Made by a program: the position numbers and the translations under genes
The notes under the pieces: model-generated
What the model was told of the DNA's origin: nothing
Databases searched by the model: none
Seen by the model: only the letters and a program-made list of their open reading frames with translations
NCBI GenBank assembly: GCA_041685605.1
Contig: JAWLFL010000001.1
Coordinates: 1,884-65,883 of the forward strand
DNA length: 64,000 bases
DNA from: Cyclobacterium sp.
GTDB lineage: Bacteria; Bacteroidota; Bacteroidia; Cytophagales; Cyclobacteriaceae
Direction of reading: 5' to 3'
Shown here: piece by piece, positions 20,165 through 30,179 of the stretch
Layout of the letters: each line of letters opens with the position of its first letter
Numbering within the stretch: the stretch's first letter is position 1

Positions 20165-21451
20165 ATGATTACAGAGAAAAGCAAACACCTTTTTGACCAA
20201 GCCAAAAAATCCATTCCCGGAGGGGTAAATTCTCCGGTAAGAGCATTTAAAGCAGTCGGTGGCAACCCCCTGTTTATTTCCAAAGCAGAGGGACCCTATG
20301 TCTTTGACGCAGATGGAAACCGGTTTATAGAACTAATTAACAGTTGGGGTCCCATGGTACTGGGACACAATCATCCGGAAGTAAGGGAGGCCGTGATCAA
20401 AGCCATGGAAAAGGGGACTTCCTTTGGGGCACCTACTGCCATGGAGGTGGAAATCGCCGAACTGATTGTAAAGATGGTGCCCTCAGTGGAAAAAGTGCGG
20501 ATGGTCAATAGCGGTACCGAAGCAACCATGTCTGCCATTCGTGTCGCTCGCGGCTATACCGGAAAAGAAAAGTTCATCAAGTTTGAAGGGAACTATCACG
20601 GACATGGAGATAGCTTTCTGATTGCTGCCGGATCCGGGGCCGTTACCATGGGAAATCCCGATTCGCCAGGAGTGACCAAAGGAACTGCCAAGGACACCTT
20701 GCTGGCACCGTATAACGATCTGGATAAGGTGAAGTTACTGGTGGAGGCTAATAAAGATGAAATTGCCGCGATGATTCTGGAACCGGTGGCAGGAAATATG
20801 GGCTGCGTGTTGCCGGAACCCGGATTTTTGGAAGGCCTGCGGAAAATCTGCGACGATGAAGGAATCGTCCTGATTTTTGACGAGGTGATGACCGGCTTTC
20901 GGTTGGCACCGGGAGGAGCGCAAGAGGTGCTGGGTGTTACCCCCGACCTGACCACCCTCGGAAAGATCATCGGTGGGGGAATGCCCGTAGGAGCTTATGG
21001 AGGTCGTAAGGAAATCATGGAGTACGTGTCCCCGCAAGGTCCGGTGTACCAGGCTGGGACCCTGTCTGGAAATCCGATTGCCATGGCCGCAGGTTTGGCC
21101 ATGCTAAATCATCTAAGCAAAAACCCTTCGGTTTATACCCGTTTGGAAAATACCGGCAAAACCCTGGCGGGAGGCATTCAATCCGCCTTGGAGCGATTGG
21201 GACTTCCCTATACTATAAATGCCATAGGTAGCATGTACAGCCTGTTTTTTACCGAGCGGAAGGTACGAGACTTTGGGGATGCTCAGACCTGTGACACGAC
21301 TTTATTTGGTAGGTATTTTAATGCGATGCTCCAGCAAGGAATATACCTGGCACCTTCCCAGTATGAAAGTCTGTTTCTATCCACGGCCCTGGAACAAGAG
21401 CACCTGGATAAAATTCTGGAGGCCAATGAGACTGCCTTAAAGGGGTTGTAA
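20165..21451 (+). CDS. hemL: Glutamate-1-semialdehyde 2,1-aminomutase
   Basis: [27 protein letters not shown] and QAGTLSGNP motifs. Confidence 0.98.
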   Translation: MITEKSKHLFDQAKKSIPGGVNSPVRAFKAVGGNPLFISKAEGPYVFDADGNRFIELINSWGPMVLGHNHPEVREAVIKAMEKGTSFGAPTAMEVEIAELIVKMVPSVEKVRMVNSGTEATMSAIRVARGYTGKEKFIKFEGNYHGHGDSFLIAAGSGAVTMGNPDSPGVTKGTAKDTLLAPYNDLDKVKLLVEANKDEIAAMILEPVAGNMGCVLPEPGFLEGLRKICDDEGIVLIFDEVMTGFRLAPGGAQEVLGVTPDLTTLGKIIGGGMPVGAYGGRKEIMEYVSPQGPVYQAGTLSGNPIAMAAGLAMLNHLSKNPSVYTRLENTGKTLAGGIQSALERLGLPYTINAIGSMYSLFFTERKVRDFGDAQTCDTTLFGRYFNAMLQQGIYLAPSQYESLFLSTALEQEHLDKILEANETALKGL

Positions 21452-21632
21452 GAAAAAAAGAATAGGATGGCAACTGGCAATGACTCCCTTTTTAGCGGGA
21501 TCTGACGCGATAACCGACAGGAATACCAGGTGAAAGAAAGCACGAGAATAATTGAAAAAACGATATCCGTTTTTTTGCGGGTAGCGTTACTGGTAAAATG
21601 AATACGCTTATTTTTAACCAATAGAACAGCAA

Positions 21633-22715
21633 ATGGCTGAATTAATAGATTCATTTGACTCTTTCAATGATTTTGAAAGGTATTCCTACTTTGCAGTGTG
21701 CTTTGATCAACTGCCTTCCAATCTGGGCTTTGAAACGCCGCTTAAAATGGATCGGGCACATATGGAAACCGTGCTGGAAGCGATCGACCTGGCATCGCAG
21801 GAGTTGGAAGTGGTTTTCAAATATTGGAATACCCAAGATACCAAAGTACCCGACACTAGCGAAGATTTTCCCTACCAATACCTGTTGAAAAGCAAAGCCA
21901 AAAAATTGCTCATTTGGCTGTCCTTGGATTTAGACCAATTGTTTGTGGACACCTTGTATGATGCTTCTGATGTGGAGTTGGAAAACTGGGTGATCAAGAC
22001 CAACCATAAGCTAAGGAGCAGGTTTGGCCTGGACAGGGCTCCGGGCTTTAAAGTTTTGTCAAGAAACGATAAGGGATTTTTCACCCAGGAGGTAAAAACA
22101 GACAACTTCGAGTGTGACATTCAAAAACTGTATAACGATGACTTTGCCGAAATAAATGAACTTATAGAAGCCTCATTGGACATCGACAAGGCGGGGTTAA
22201 TTTTGCTGCATGGGGTTCCGGGAGCAGGTAAAACCTCCTATATTAAAAACCTGATTAGCAGGCATCAGGAAAAGACCTTTATCTTTATACAAAATGAATT
22301 TATCAATGAATTGCTCCACCCCAACTTTATTTCTTTCCTTCTCAAAAACCAAAATGCTGTTTTAATTATTGAAGACGCAGAGAAAGTACTGACGAGCAGG
22401 GAACAGGTGAATGAAACCTCGGTGGTTTCTACGATTCTGCAATTGACAGACGGCTTGTTTAGTGACTATTTGAACTTTAAAATCATTTGTACCTTTAATA
22501 CCAGCATCGACAAAATTGACAAAGCCCTGCTGAGAAAAGGCCGGATGATCGCATACTATGAATTCCAACCATTGGTTCCGGAGAAAGCCAATAAGCTGCT
22601 CAGCGAGATGAACCACGAATCTACTAACAATGCGATGACTCTCTCAGATATATTTAATTATCAAAAGAGGAATTTCCAACAGGCGAAAAAAGGATCCATA
22701 GGCTTTCGGAAGTAA
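21633..22715 (+). CDS. AAA+ ATPase with an uncharacterised N-terminal domain
   Basis: Walker A GVPGAGKT, Walker B IIEDAE, sensor I TFN, arginine finger ALLRKGR. Confidence 0.85.
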   Translation: MAELIDSFDSFNDFERYSYFAVCFDQLPSNLGFETPLKMDRAHMETVLEAIDLASQELEVVFKYWNTQDTKVPDTSEDFPYQYLLKSKAKKLLIWLSLDLDQLFVDTLYDASDVELENWVIKTNHKLRSRFGLDRAPGFKVLSRNDKGFFTQEVKTDNFECDIQKLYNDDFAEINELIEASLDIDKAGLILLHGVPGAGKTSYIKNLISRHQEKTFIFIQNEFINELLHPNFISFLLKNQNAVLIIEDAEKVLTSREQVNETSVVSTILQLTDGLFSDYLNFKIICTFNTSIDKIDKALLRKGRMIAYYEFQPLVPEKANKLLSEMNHESTNNAMTLSDIFNYQKRNFQQAKKGSIGFRK

Positions 22716-22877
22716 GGGGCCTCTTTATTGGATTATTACCTAGAAAAATCCCGAAGGGATGCCATGATTATAGAATGGGCAACAGGAATAATAATTGCGG
22801 TTAAAACATAATTCAGCGAAGACCACAGCGGACATTGGGTTCGCCTGATTTGGACTCAACAACAACAATTAAACCAT

Positions 22878-23780
22878 ATGACTAAAAAACGAATATTCTT
22901 CAGCGGAGGATCCGGGAAAGCCGGAAAACACGTGATCCCCTACTTGCTCGATCAGGGGCATCGGGTGATGAATGTAGACTTGAAACCACTGGATCACCCG
23001 GGAGTAGACAACCTTATCGCCGACATTACCGATTCCGGACAGATGTTTAATGCCATGAGTTCCTATGCCGGCTTGGATGACTTGGAACCCGGAGGCGGAG
23101 TGCCGCCCTTTGATGCGGTGGTTCACTTTGCCGCCGTACCCCGCATCCTGATCAACCCGGATAATGAAACCTTTCGGGTCAATACCATGGGTACCTATCA
23201 TGTGATCGAAGCAGCCGTAAAGTTGGGCATCGGAAAGATTATCATCGCTTCCTCCGAGACCACCTATGGGGTTTGTTTTTCAGACGGCCAAACAGATCCC
23301 CATTCACTGCCTTTGGAAGAGGACTATGACGTCGACCCCATGGATAGTTATGGGCTATCCAAGGTGGTAAATGAGAAAACGGCACGTGCTTTCCAGCGAC
23401 GGTCCGGGGTTGATATCTATGCCCTTCGAATCGGAAATGTGATTGAACCCCACGAGTACCAGGAACTGTTTCCCTACTATTTCAAGCATCCCGAAGTACG
23501 CCGTCGAAATGCCTTTTGCTACATCGATGCCCGTGATCTCGGGCAGATTGTGGATTTATGCGTGAAAAAAGATGGACTGGGTTACCAGGTATTCAATGCC
23601 GGGAACGACCACAATGGGGCGATTATCCCCAGCAAGGAATTGGCCGAGCGGTTTTTTCCGGGGGTACCGGTTACGCGAGATTTGGAGGAGCACGAAGCCT
23701 TGTTTTCCAATCGCAAAATTCGTGAAATATTGGGATTCAAAGAACAACACAACTGGCGGAAATACGTAAAAAGTGAATGA
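22878..23780 (+). CDS. NAD-dependent epimerase/dehydratase (extended SDR)
   Basis: GGSGKAG, ASS and YGLSK motifs. Confidence 0.88.
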   Translation: MTKKRIFFSGGSGKAGKHVIPYLLDQGHRVMNVDLKPLDHPGVDNLIADITDSGQMFNAMSSYAGLDDLEPGGGVPPFDAVVHFAAVPRILINPDNETFRVNTMGTYHVIEAAVKLGIGKIIIASSETTYGVCFSDGQTDPHSLPLEEDYDVDPMDSYGLSKVVNEKTARAFQRRSGVDIYALRIGNVIEPHEYQELFPYYFKHPEVRRRNAFCYIDARDLGQIVDLCVKKDGLGYQVFNAGNDHNGAIIPSKELAERFFPGVPVTRDLEEHEALFSNRKIREILGFKEQHNWRKYVKSE

Positions 23781-23931
23781 GTGCAGGTTGGCCACCATGC
23801 GCAAAATGTGGTTGTCGTTTTTCACGTTAAATTGGCCGTTCCTGCACCAGTGATAAATACTATCGTCTACGAATTCACTATATCCCATTCATTGCCTAAA
23901 ATTAATTTGTAATCAACAAATATGAGCCATC

Positions 23932-24303
23932 ATGAAAAAAACAAGAAATGCCATTCTGGGACTGGCAATGATCCTCGGACTTGGATCCTGTGGAGTCAAT
24001 CAGGCCTGGATATTAAACCAGAATCAAAACAATACCCAGGTAAATCTTGGAAGTAACAATTTCGAGGTGCTGGGTCAGGTAAAGGGAGCGGACGAAGTAG
24101 ATTACATCCTTATTTTCGGTGGAAAGAACCGAAAGAGCTTGTTTAACGAAGCCTATTCTGCCATGATCGACGAGGCCGATTTGACCTCCGGATCGCGAGC
24201 CCTCACCAATATTCTAACCGAAGAGCAAATCGGTGGAGTCCCCCCGTTTTACTACAAGCGAACCATCACGGTGAGCGGTACGGTGGTAGAGTTTACCAGG
24301 TAA
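23932..24303 (+). CDS. DUF6567-like lipoprotein (copy 1)
   Basis: Lipobox LGSC; TQVNLGSNNFEVLGQVKG and VSGTVVEF; 97/123 aa identical to 31219-31590 by hand count. Confidence 0.75.
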   Translation: MKKTRNAILGLAMILGLGSCGVNQAWILNQNQNNTQVNLGSNNFEVLGQVKGADEVDYILIFGGKNRKSLFNEAYSAMIDEADLTSGSRALTNILTEEQIGGVPPFYYKRTITVSGTVVEFTR

Positions 24304-24346
24304 TCCTTTACCTCCCAACGAAAGCAGAAGTAGCAATAAGGAAGTT

Positions 24347-24377
24347 TCCGGGGGCATCAGCCTCCGGATATTTTTTT
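24347..24377 (+). terminator. Intrinsic terminator
   Basis: TCCGGGGGC-ATCA-GCCTCCGGA followed by TATTTTTTT. Confidence 0.75.
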
Positions 24378-24528
24378 ACAAATTGCTTTTTCGAAATTCT
24401 GCTGGTAGTTGTACTGGTTCTTGCTTCTATGCTTTTTTCTGGTAATTTTATAAGGATGGGAAACAAGTAATAACCATAATGCCTGATTTACCGTAAACCT
24501 TGTTTAAATTAACGACAATTCTCCGGTT

Positions 24529-24870
24529 ATGATTTTCTCTCTATTTGGATACAGAAAAATAATTGTTTTTGCGCTGGTAGCATTAATGGTTGTTCCCTGT
24601 TCAATAAAGAGAGAATTTTCGCAAATATCATTTGCAAATACTTCCAATCAACCTACTCAAAAACAGAATAGAAATGCATGTTTGACTTTTTTTAAGCTGG
24701 AAAAGGAGCATAAAAAGGAAGAAAAACAAATTGATATCGCTAATTTTCGCCATTTTCCGAATGAAGCACCTATTTTATCCGGCCTTAAAACCAATCTTTT
24801 ATTCCATTTTTATAATCAACAAAAAGAAAAAATTCCTACCTATCTTTTTTATCAACAATTTCTGATTTGA
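24529..24870 (+). CDS. Hypothetical protein (possible leader ORF of the DoxX-DsrE operon)
   Basis: Hydrophobic N-terminus ending in PCS; C-terminus IPTYLFYQQFLI; AT-rich sequence. Confidence 0.55.
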   Translation: MIFSLFGYRKIIVFALVALMVVPCSIKREFSQISFANTSNQPTQKQNRNACLTFFKLEKEHKKEEKQIDIANFRHFPNEAPILSGLKTNLLFHFYNQQKEKIPTYLFYQQFLI

Positions 24871-24926
24871 TACCACCTTCCTGAATGAATAGGTGATTTA
24901 ATATCAAAAAAAGAAATGATTAAACA

Positions 24927-25334
24927 ATGAACAAATCAATTGTGGTGAGTGGGATTTCCGTACTCCTGTTCCGAATAATGCTTAGCGGGATATTTATAGT
25001 GGCTGGAATTTCTCATCTGACCAATCCCGAGCAGGTCGCACAGCGCATTCAGTCGGCTGCTTTTAATTCATTTGCCGCTTTTTTTGGTGATCCGTACCTG
25101 TTAGGAATAGGAACGGGTTACGTGTTATTCATTGCTGGGCTGGCTTTCCTTCTGGGGGTTTTCCCTCGCTGGGCAGCGCTTGTTTTATTTTTGGTCCTGA
25201 TTCCAATTACGATTACCATACAGCTAGGTAATGGGTTGATTCATGGGCCATTCTGGAAAAACATTGCCCTTTTTGGGGGGTTGTTGTTTTTCATCCTAAA
25301 TAATCCAAAAACGTACAGTATTTACAATAAATAA
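24927..25334 (+). CDS. DoxX family membrane protein
   Basis: RIMLSGIFIVAGISH and KNIALFGGLL motifs; four hydrophobic segments. Confidence 0.85.
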   Translation: MNKSIVVSGISVLLFRIMLSGIFIVAGISHLTNPEQVAQRIQSAAFNSFAAFFGDPYLLGIGTGYVLFIAGLAFLLGVFPRWAALVLFLVLIPITITIQLGNGLIHGPFWKNIALFGGLLFFILNNPKTYSIYNK

Positions 25335-25341
25335 AAAAAAA

Positions 25342-25782
25342 ATGAAAATATACCTGATCACATTTATCGCCTTACTAACTCTAGGCCTGGGTCTGGCAAA
25401 TGGACAAACGGCAGCGGCTATCAAACAAACCGAGCAGGCTGTCCGAGAGGATGGCAAGTATGCCATGTTGGTTATGAAAGCCCAACATTTGAAGGCCGGA
25501 ATAAAAACCGGTATTGTATTCAAATCCGAAAGTGAAAAAATAGATTTTCAAATCGTGGCCTGCGGTATGCTTGTGAAGGAAATTTCTGAAGATGCGGAAT
25601 TGCAAAAACTGATACAAAACACCGTGTCTGACCACGGCCTGAAAATTCTGGTCTGCGGGCTATCTATTCAGCAATTTGGAATTGATAAAACGCTGTTACC
25701 GGAGGAAACTCCGATTACGGAAAACGGCCTGATCTACATGTTTGGATTACAGGAGTTGGGGTACAAGTCAATCACTCTTTAA
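25342..25782 (+). CDS. Exported DsrE-like protein
   Basis: Signal peptide; FQIVACG, ILVCGLS and NGLIYMFGLQELGY DsrE-like motifs. Confidence 0.7.
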   Translation: MKIYLITFIALLTLGLGLANGQTAAAIKQTEQAVREDGKYAMLVMKAQHLKAGIKTGIVFKSESEKIDFQIVACGMLVKEISEDAELQKLIQNTVSDHGLKILVCGLSIQQFGIDKTLLPEETPITENGLIYMFGLQELGYKSITL

Positions 25783-25802
25783 CTTCCTAGATTGTATGCT
25801 AG

Positions 25803-25838
25803 AAAAAAACCAGTCACCATAGAGGGCTGGTTTTTTTT
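25803..25838 (+). terminator. Intrinsic terminator after the DsrE-like gene
   Basis: AAAAAAACCAGTC...GGCTGGTTTTTTT. Confidence 0.75.
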
Positions 25839-25970
25839 GTTTTGACCCTGAAACTTAAAACTGATGTTTTAGAATAGGAAAAAAGTACTTCTCTGCCTTT
25901 TTATAATAAAGTACCTGGAAATAGTTTATTATTGTTGTGTAACTTGTTTGATAAACAAAAATAATGGACA

Positions 25971-26942
25971 ATGTACTCCGTACAAATTACACCTTTAAGC
26001 TCCATGGATACCTGGATTCCATTGCTTCAGGAATTGATCTGGCCAATTACCGTATTGCTTATTCTATTTTTTTTGAGGAAATACATCCCCCAGTTGGTGG
26101 ATAGAACCACAAAGATCGGCGCAATGGGCGTCGAATTGGAATTTGAAATGGCAAAGGAATTTTCCTCATCATGGAGCAACGAATACGTAGGGGATATTAG
26201 AAAAGGGGTGAAGTCCGACGATTTTTCCAGTGGCGTTATGGACCTGATGGAGCAATTCAGCAAAGCAGGCCGCTACGACTACGCAAGCATTGACATTTAT
26301 GGGGGAAAGGCCTGGTTAACGTCGCGATTATATATTTTTTCAACGATCTTGTCAAAAGTAAGGGGAATTCACTACTGGGTATTTGTTGATTCCCATGATT
26401 CCCTACACAAAAAATTTATCGGTTACGTGGATTCCAGAAGCTTGCGGTTGCAGTTGTCGGATCGTTTTCCGGCACTGTCCAGGGCCTACACGGAGGCATT
26501 GCTGGAAGTTTTTCCGGAGGGAGATACCCGCTTGAGTCAGGCCGATACCTGGCAAATCACCCAACTCGTGCAGCAGTTTTTAAATGGCATTCAAAAGGAA
26601 TATCCCCAAAAGGAAGAGTTGGGCGTGGAGCAGGATGCAGCCAAGGAGATAGAAAATGGGTGGGTACTGCTGAAAGACCAGGTGACGCTGGAAAAGGCCC
26701 GGTTTCTGGAAATCAACGAGCTTAGAGATATCTGCGGCGAATGGATTCGAACGGATGCCATTCGAAGCCTGGAAACCAGCTCAGAGGAGCACTTAGCAGA
26801 TAAGATATTCCTAAGTAACGAGCGACTGATTCCCCAGGTTGGCTCCGGAAATCAGTTTTTGGACATGGTGGATGTTGTCCATGCAAAAAGGAATTTGATA
26901 AAAAGCAGTATTCTCGGCCGAAAAACCACTGCTAAGCCGTAA
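25971..26942 (+). CDS. Hypothetical membrane-anchored protein
   Basis: N-terminal TM segment (LIWPITVLLILFFLR) followed by GVELEF; 323-aa ORF. Confidence 0.75.
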   Translation: MYSVQITPLSSMDTWIPLLQELIWPITVLLILFFLRKYIPQLVDRTTKIGAMGVELEFEMAKEFSSSWSNEYVGDIRKGVKSDDFSSGVMDLMEQFSKAGRYDYASIDIYGGKAWLTSRLYIFSTILSKVRGIHYWVFVDSHDSLHKKFIGYVDSRSLRLQLSDRFPALSRAYTEALLEVFPEGDTRLSQADTWQITQLVQQFLNGIQKEYPQKEELGVEQDAAKEIENGWVLLKDQVTLEKARFLEINELRDICGEWIRTDAIRSLETSSEEHLADKIFLSNERLIPQVGSGNQFLDMVDVVHAKRNLIKSSILGRKTTAKP

Positions 26943-26969
26943 ACCATGTCGACAAAGTAAAACCGATAA

Positions 26970-27593
26970 ATGATTGATATCAAGGATTTTATTTCGGATG
27001 TCCCCTCATTTCTCCAAACAGAGGCCTATCGCCTGCCATGGAGGGTTGTGGCAGACCTAGAAGTAATCATCAAGCGAATGCTACCCCATCTTGGGCCCGA
27101 TTACACGGTGGAAAATGGCATCGCGATCCATAAGACAGCTAGTGTAGAAAAAGGGGTAACCTTAAAAAGCCCGGTAATTATAGGAGAAAAATGTCGGGTA
27201 GGGGCCCATACCTATTTTAGGGAAGGTGTTTTTTTGGATTCTTCGGTGAAAATTGGGCCTTCCTCTGAGATTAAAAGCAGCCTGATTTTTACTGGTACTG
27301 CCATTGCTCACTTAAATTATATCGGGAATAGTATCATTGGTAGGAATGTCAATTTTGAGGCAGGTTCCATTGCAGCAAATCACTATAACGAACGGGAGGA
27401 CAAACGAATTCTAGTGCGTTTTAAAAATGAGTATGTGGATACGGGGCTGGAAAAATTCGGCGCCTTAGTTGGAGACGGGTCCAGAATTGGAGCAAACGCC
27501 GTGTTGTCTCCGGGAACGATTTTGCCGAAAGGCGCTATCGTAAAAAGACTGGAACTGGTCGAACAAGTCAAAGCTAAAAATGGCTATTCCTGA
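26970..27593 (+). CDS. LbetaH hexapeptide-repeat transferase (GlmU C-terminal-like)
   Basis: Hexapeptide repeats; HLNYIGNSIIG and KFGALVGDGSRIGANAVLSPG motifs. Confidence 0.85.
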   Translation: MIDIKDFISDVPSFLQTEAYRLPWRVVADLEVIIKRMLPHLGPDYTVENGIAIHKTASVEKGVTLKSPVIIGEKCRVGAHTYFREGVFLDSSVKIGPSSEIKSSLIFTGTAIAHLNYIGNSIIGRNVNFEAGSIAANHYNEREDKRILVRFKNEYVDTGLEKFGALVGDGSRIGANAVLSPGTILPKGAIVKRLELVEQVKAKNGYS

Positions 27594-28284
27594 TCTGGAA
27601 GTTCCGAGGGCCCATTTTACCGGAACGATGCTGTTGGTGCGAGGAACAGGTTTCCTGTTTTTAAAAATCAGAATACTGGCGAAAAAAGTGCGGCAAAAAG
27701 GGCTGTTTTTATCCAAAATGAGACCTTTCAGCTGCCCCTATTGCGTAGTCCAACCTGACCCAGAAGCATCAGCCTGAGATGCTTACGTTTTATCTTAGCA
27801 TCCGGGACCGGCAAGCTCACAAAGCTGAAAAGCGCACCCGCATCCCAGCTCCTCGCTAAACGGATCCTTTTTTTAGTTCAGCCCCTGTTCACTGGATGGT
27901 AGGAGAGTATCCGAATGTAAACCTGTTCTACCCACCGCCACCACCCTATACCCATGTGCAAAAGCCGAACACATCATTCCTGCTAATCAAAACCCAGGAT
28001 GAAAAGTATCAGGCGAGTACTCAGTTTTAAAAACAAAAAAATACCAAAGCGAGAACTGCTTCCAGCTGACTGGTTAAACAGAGAGGTATCATAAAAACCA
28101 CATTTGCCGGACCGATCTATTCGGTTAGAGAGCGATTTCAATAGACGGTATGCGCCTCCACCGAATCCGGTGCCCAGAAGGCTGTTCCCGATAGCCCGCC
28201 GGTGATTCTAAAAAAAATCAATAACTTAGACCACTCATTCGCTAATTTCCAACCGTACGCCTGCCAGCAAAACGAAACCGAACG

Positions 28285-30081
28285 ATGACCCATCCAAAAT
28301 CCATTGCCGTGTTGCCTTTTGTCAACATGAGTCCCGGAAAAGAGAACGACTATTTTTGCGATGGCATTACGGAAGAAATTATCAATGCACTTGCCAAAAT
28401 CGAGCAACTGAAAGTCACCTCCCGGACTTCCAGTTTTTTCTTCAAGGGGCAAAATCGCCCGGTGGCAGAAATTGGGAGGGAATTGGGCGTGGCGAACCTG
28501 CTTGAAGGCAGCTTGTGGGTGAGCGGAGACCGCTTGCGCATCACCGCCCAGTTGATCAACGTGTCGGACGACTCCCATTTCTGGTCCGAAAGCTGGGACC
28601 GAAAGCTGGAAGATATTTTTGCCATTCAAGATGAAATCAGCCTTCGGATTGCCGACAAGCTGCGCGAACACTTCGGGCATCTGGACATTGCCGATCAGCT
28701 GGTGCAGGCACCTACCGGCAAGGTGGAGGCCTACCGACATTACTTGCAGGGGAAATCACTTTTTAACAAGTGGAATCCCGAAGACGTACATCAGGCCATT
28801 GGCCATTATGAAAAGGCACTTCAGTCCGATCCGGACCTGATCGACGCGCATACCGGACTGGCCGATGCATACAGTTTTTTGGCAGTAGCTGGCTTTGCTC
28901 CCCGTGATCTGGCCTGGAACAAAGCGATCGAATCCATGCAGCGAGCCAAAGCCCTTGATCCCCAAAATGCGCCACTTAACTACCTGCTTGCCAATCAGGC
29001 TTTTTTTACCGAAGCCAATTTTGGCGAAGCCATCCGGTTTGGCCAGCAAGCCCTTGCCAGTAAACCTGCCTATGCCGAAGGCCATCAATTTCTGGCGTTT
29101 CTGTTTATGCTAAGGGACGATTTGAAAAAGGCAGGGGAACATTTGGGTTACGCCCGATCCATTGATCCGCTAAATCCGGAAACGAAATTTTACCAGGCGT
29201 ACTTTCTGTACCGCTCTCAATTCTTCGATCAGGCGGAGGTTTTGCTCCTGGAACTATTGGAAGCCAATGCCAAAAACCTGCCAGCGCTGATTACCTTGAT
29301 TTACGTGCTGCTTAAAAAGGAAGCGTTTGAGCGGGCTGAGCGGCTGATTTTTGACAGTCCCAAGGACGGCATGATGCCGGACGAAAAGTTGGGCCTGGCC
29401 TGCCTGCTTCGGGTCATGCAAGGGAAGGTGGAGGACTATTGTGGGCTGCTGGACGAATTGGAAGTTAACGCTTCCCAGGATACCTCCTTTCAGGCGCATG
29501 CCTACCTGTTTCTGGTTTATGCTGCGCTGCACGAAGACAAAAAGGCATTTTCCGTATTGGAAAAATTGTTTCAACACCGGTCCTCTATTCTTTTACTTTC
29601 CTTTGGTGATCCGCTCGCAGCTCCCTTGCGGCGCAGCCCCGAATTTTCGGACTACCAGAAGCGGATCTTTACCCTACAGAACCCTCCGGTCAGGGTTTTT
29701 AAGAGGAACAGTGCAGAACTAAGGGAAGCCGACGCAATCAACTACCTTCAAGTATTAGAGCGTTTTATGGAAACGGAGAGCCCTTTCCTGGATCCTTCGC
29801 TTTCCCTTCGGTCCCTTGCCAACCAACTGGAAATGCACCCCAATCAACTGTCCTGGCTACTGAACGAAAAGCTGGGCAAGAACTTCAATTCCTACGTCAA
29901 CGGCTTCCGCGTGGCCCATTTCAAAAAATTGCTAGCGGACCCCGGTAATGCAAGTATTTCGTTGATTGGACTGGCTTACGAGAGTGGTTTCAATTCCAAA
30001 ACCGTTTTCAATACCGTATTCAAGAAAGAGACCGGCATGACCCCCAAAGAATTTCAGAAAAACCGGTATTTATCGGATTAA
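28285..30081 (+). CDS. One-component regulator: TolB_N-like domain, TPR repeats and C-terminal AraC HTH
   Basis: SIAVLPFVNMS..YFCDGITEEIINAL..SRTSSF; TPR helices; LSLRSLA..NFNSYVN..AYESGFNSKTVFNTVFKKETGMTP. Confidence 0.88.
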   Translation: MTHPKSIAVLPFVNMSPGKENDYFCDGITEEIINALAKIEQLKVTSRTSSFFFKGQNRPVAEIGRELGVANLLEGSLWVSGDRLRITAQLINVSDDSHFWSESWDRKLEDIFAIQDEISLRIADKLREHFGHLDIADQLVQAPTGKVEAYRHYLQGKSLFNKWNPEDVHQAIGHYEKALQSDPDLIDAHTGLADAYSFLAVAGFAPRDLAWNKAIESMQRAKALDPQNAPLNYLLANQAFFTEANFGEAIRFGQQALASKPAYAEGHQFLAFLFMLRDDLKKAGEHLGYARSIDPLNPETKFYQAYFLYRSQFFDQAEVLLLELLEANAKNLPALITLIYVLLKKEAFERAERLIFDSPKDGMMPDEKLGLACLLRVMQGKVEDYCGLLDELEVNASQDTSFQAHAYLFLVYAALHEDKKAFSVLEKLFQHRSSILLLSFGDPLAAPLRRSPEFSDYQKRIFTLQNPPVRVFKRNSAELREADAINYLQVLERFMETESPFLDPSLSLRSLANQLEMHPNQLSWLLNEKLGKNFNSYVNGFRVAHFKKLLADPGNASISLIGLAYESGFNSKTVFNTVFKKETGMTPKEFQKNRYLSD

Positions 30082-30083
30082 TT

Positions 30084-30107
30084 GGTTCCAAATTATAATT
30101 CCGAACC
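30084..30107. promoter_or_regulatory. Palindromic candidate binding site of the AraC regulator
   Basis: GGTTCCAAATTATAATTCCGAACC is 20/24 self-complementary; it follows the AraC stop and precedes a non-consensus -7 (CAACTTTG, 30149-30156). Confidence 0.55.
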
Positions 30108-30179
30108 CCTTTTCACTTTTCCCGAACCTTTGTCATGCTTCCCTCGCACAACTTTGTTCTGAATCAACAAGGTGACGTC

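Noticed and set aside
23781-23847. Imperfect inverted repeat GTGCAGG..GGCC / GGCC..CCTGCAC after the epimerase
   Set aside because: No T tail, no AAC/GTT core and a single copy; no function can be assigned.
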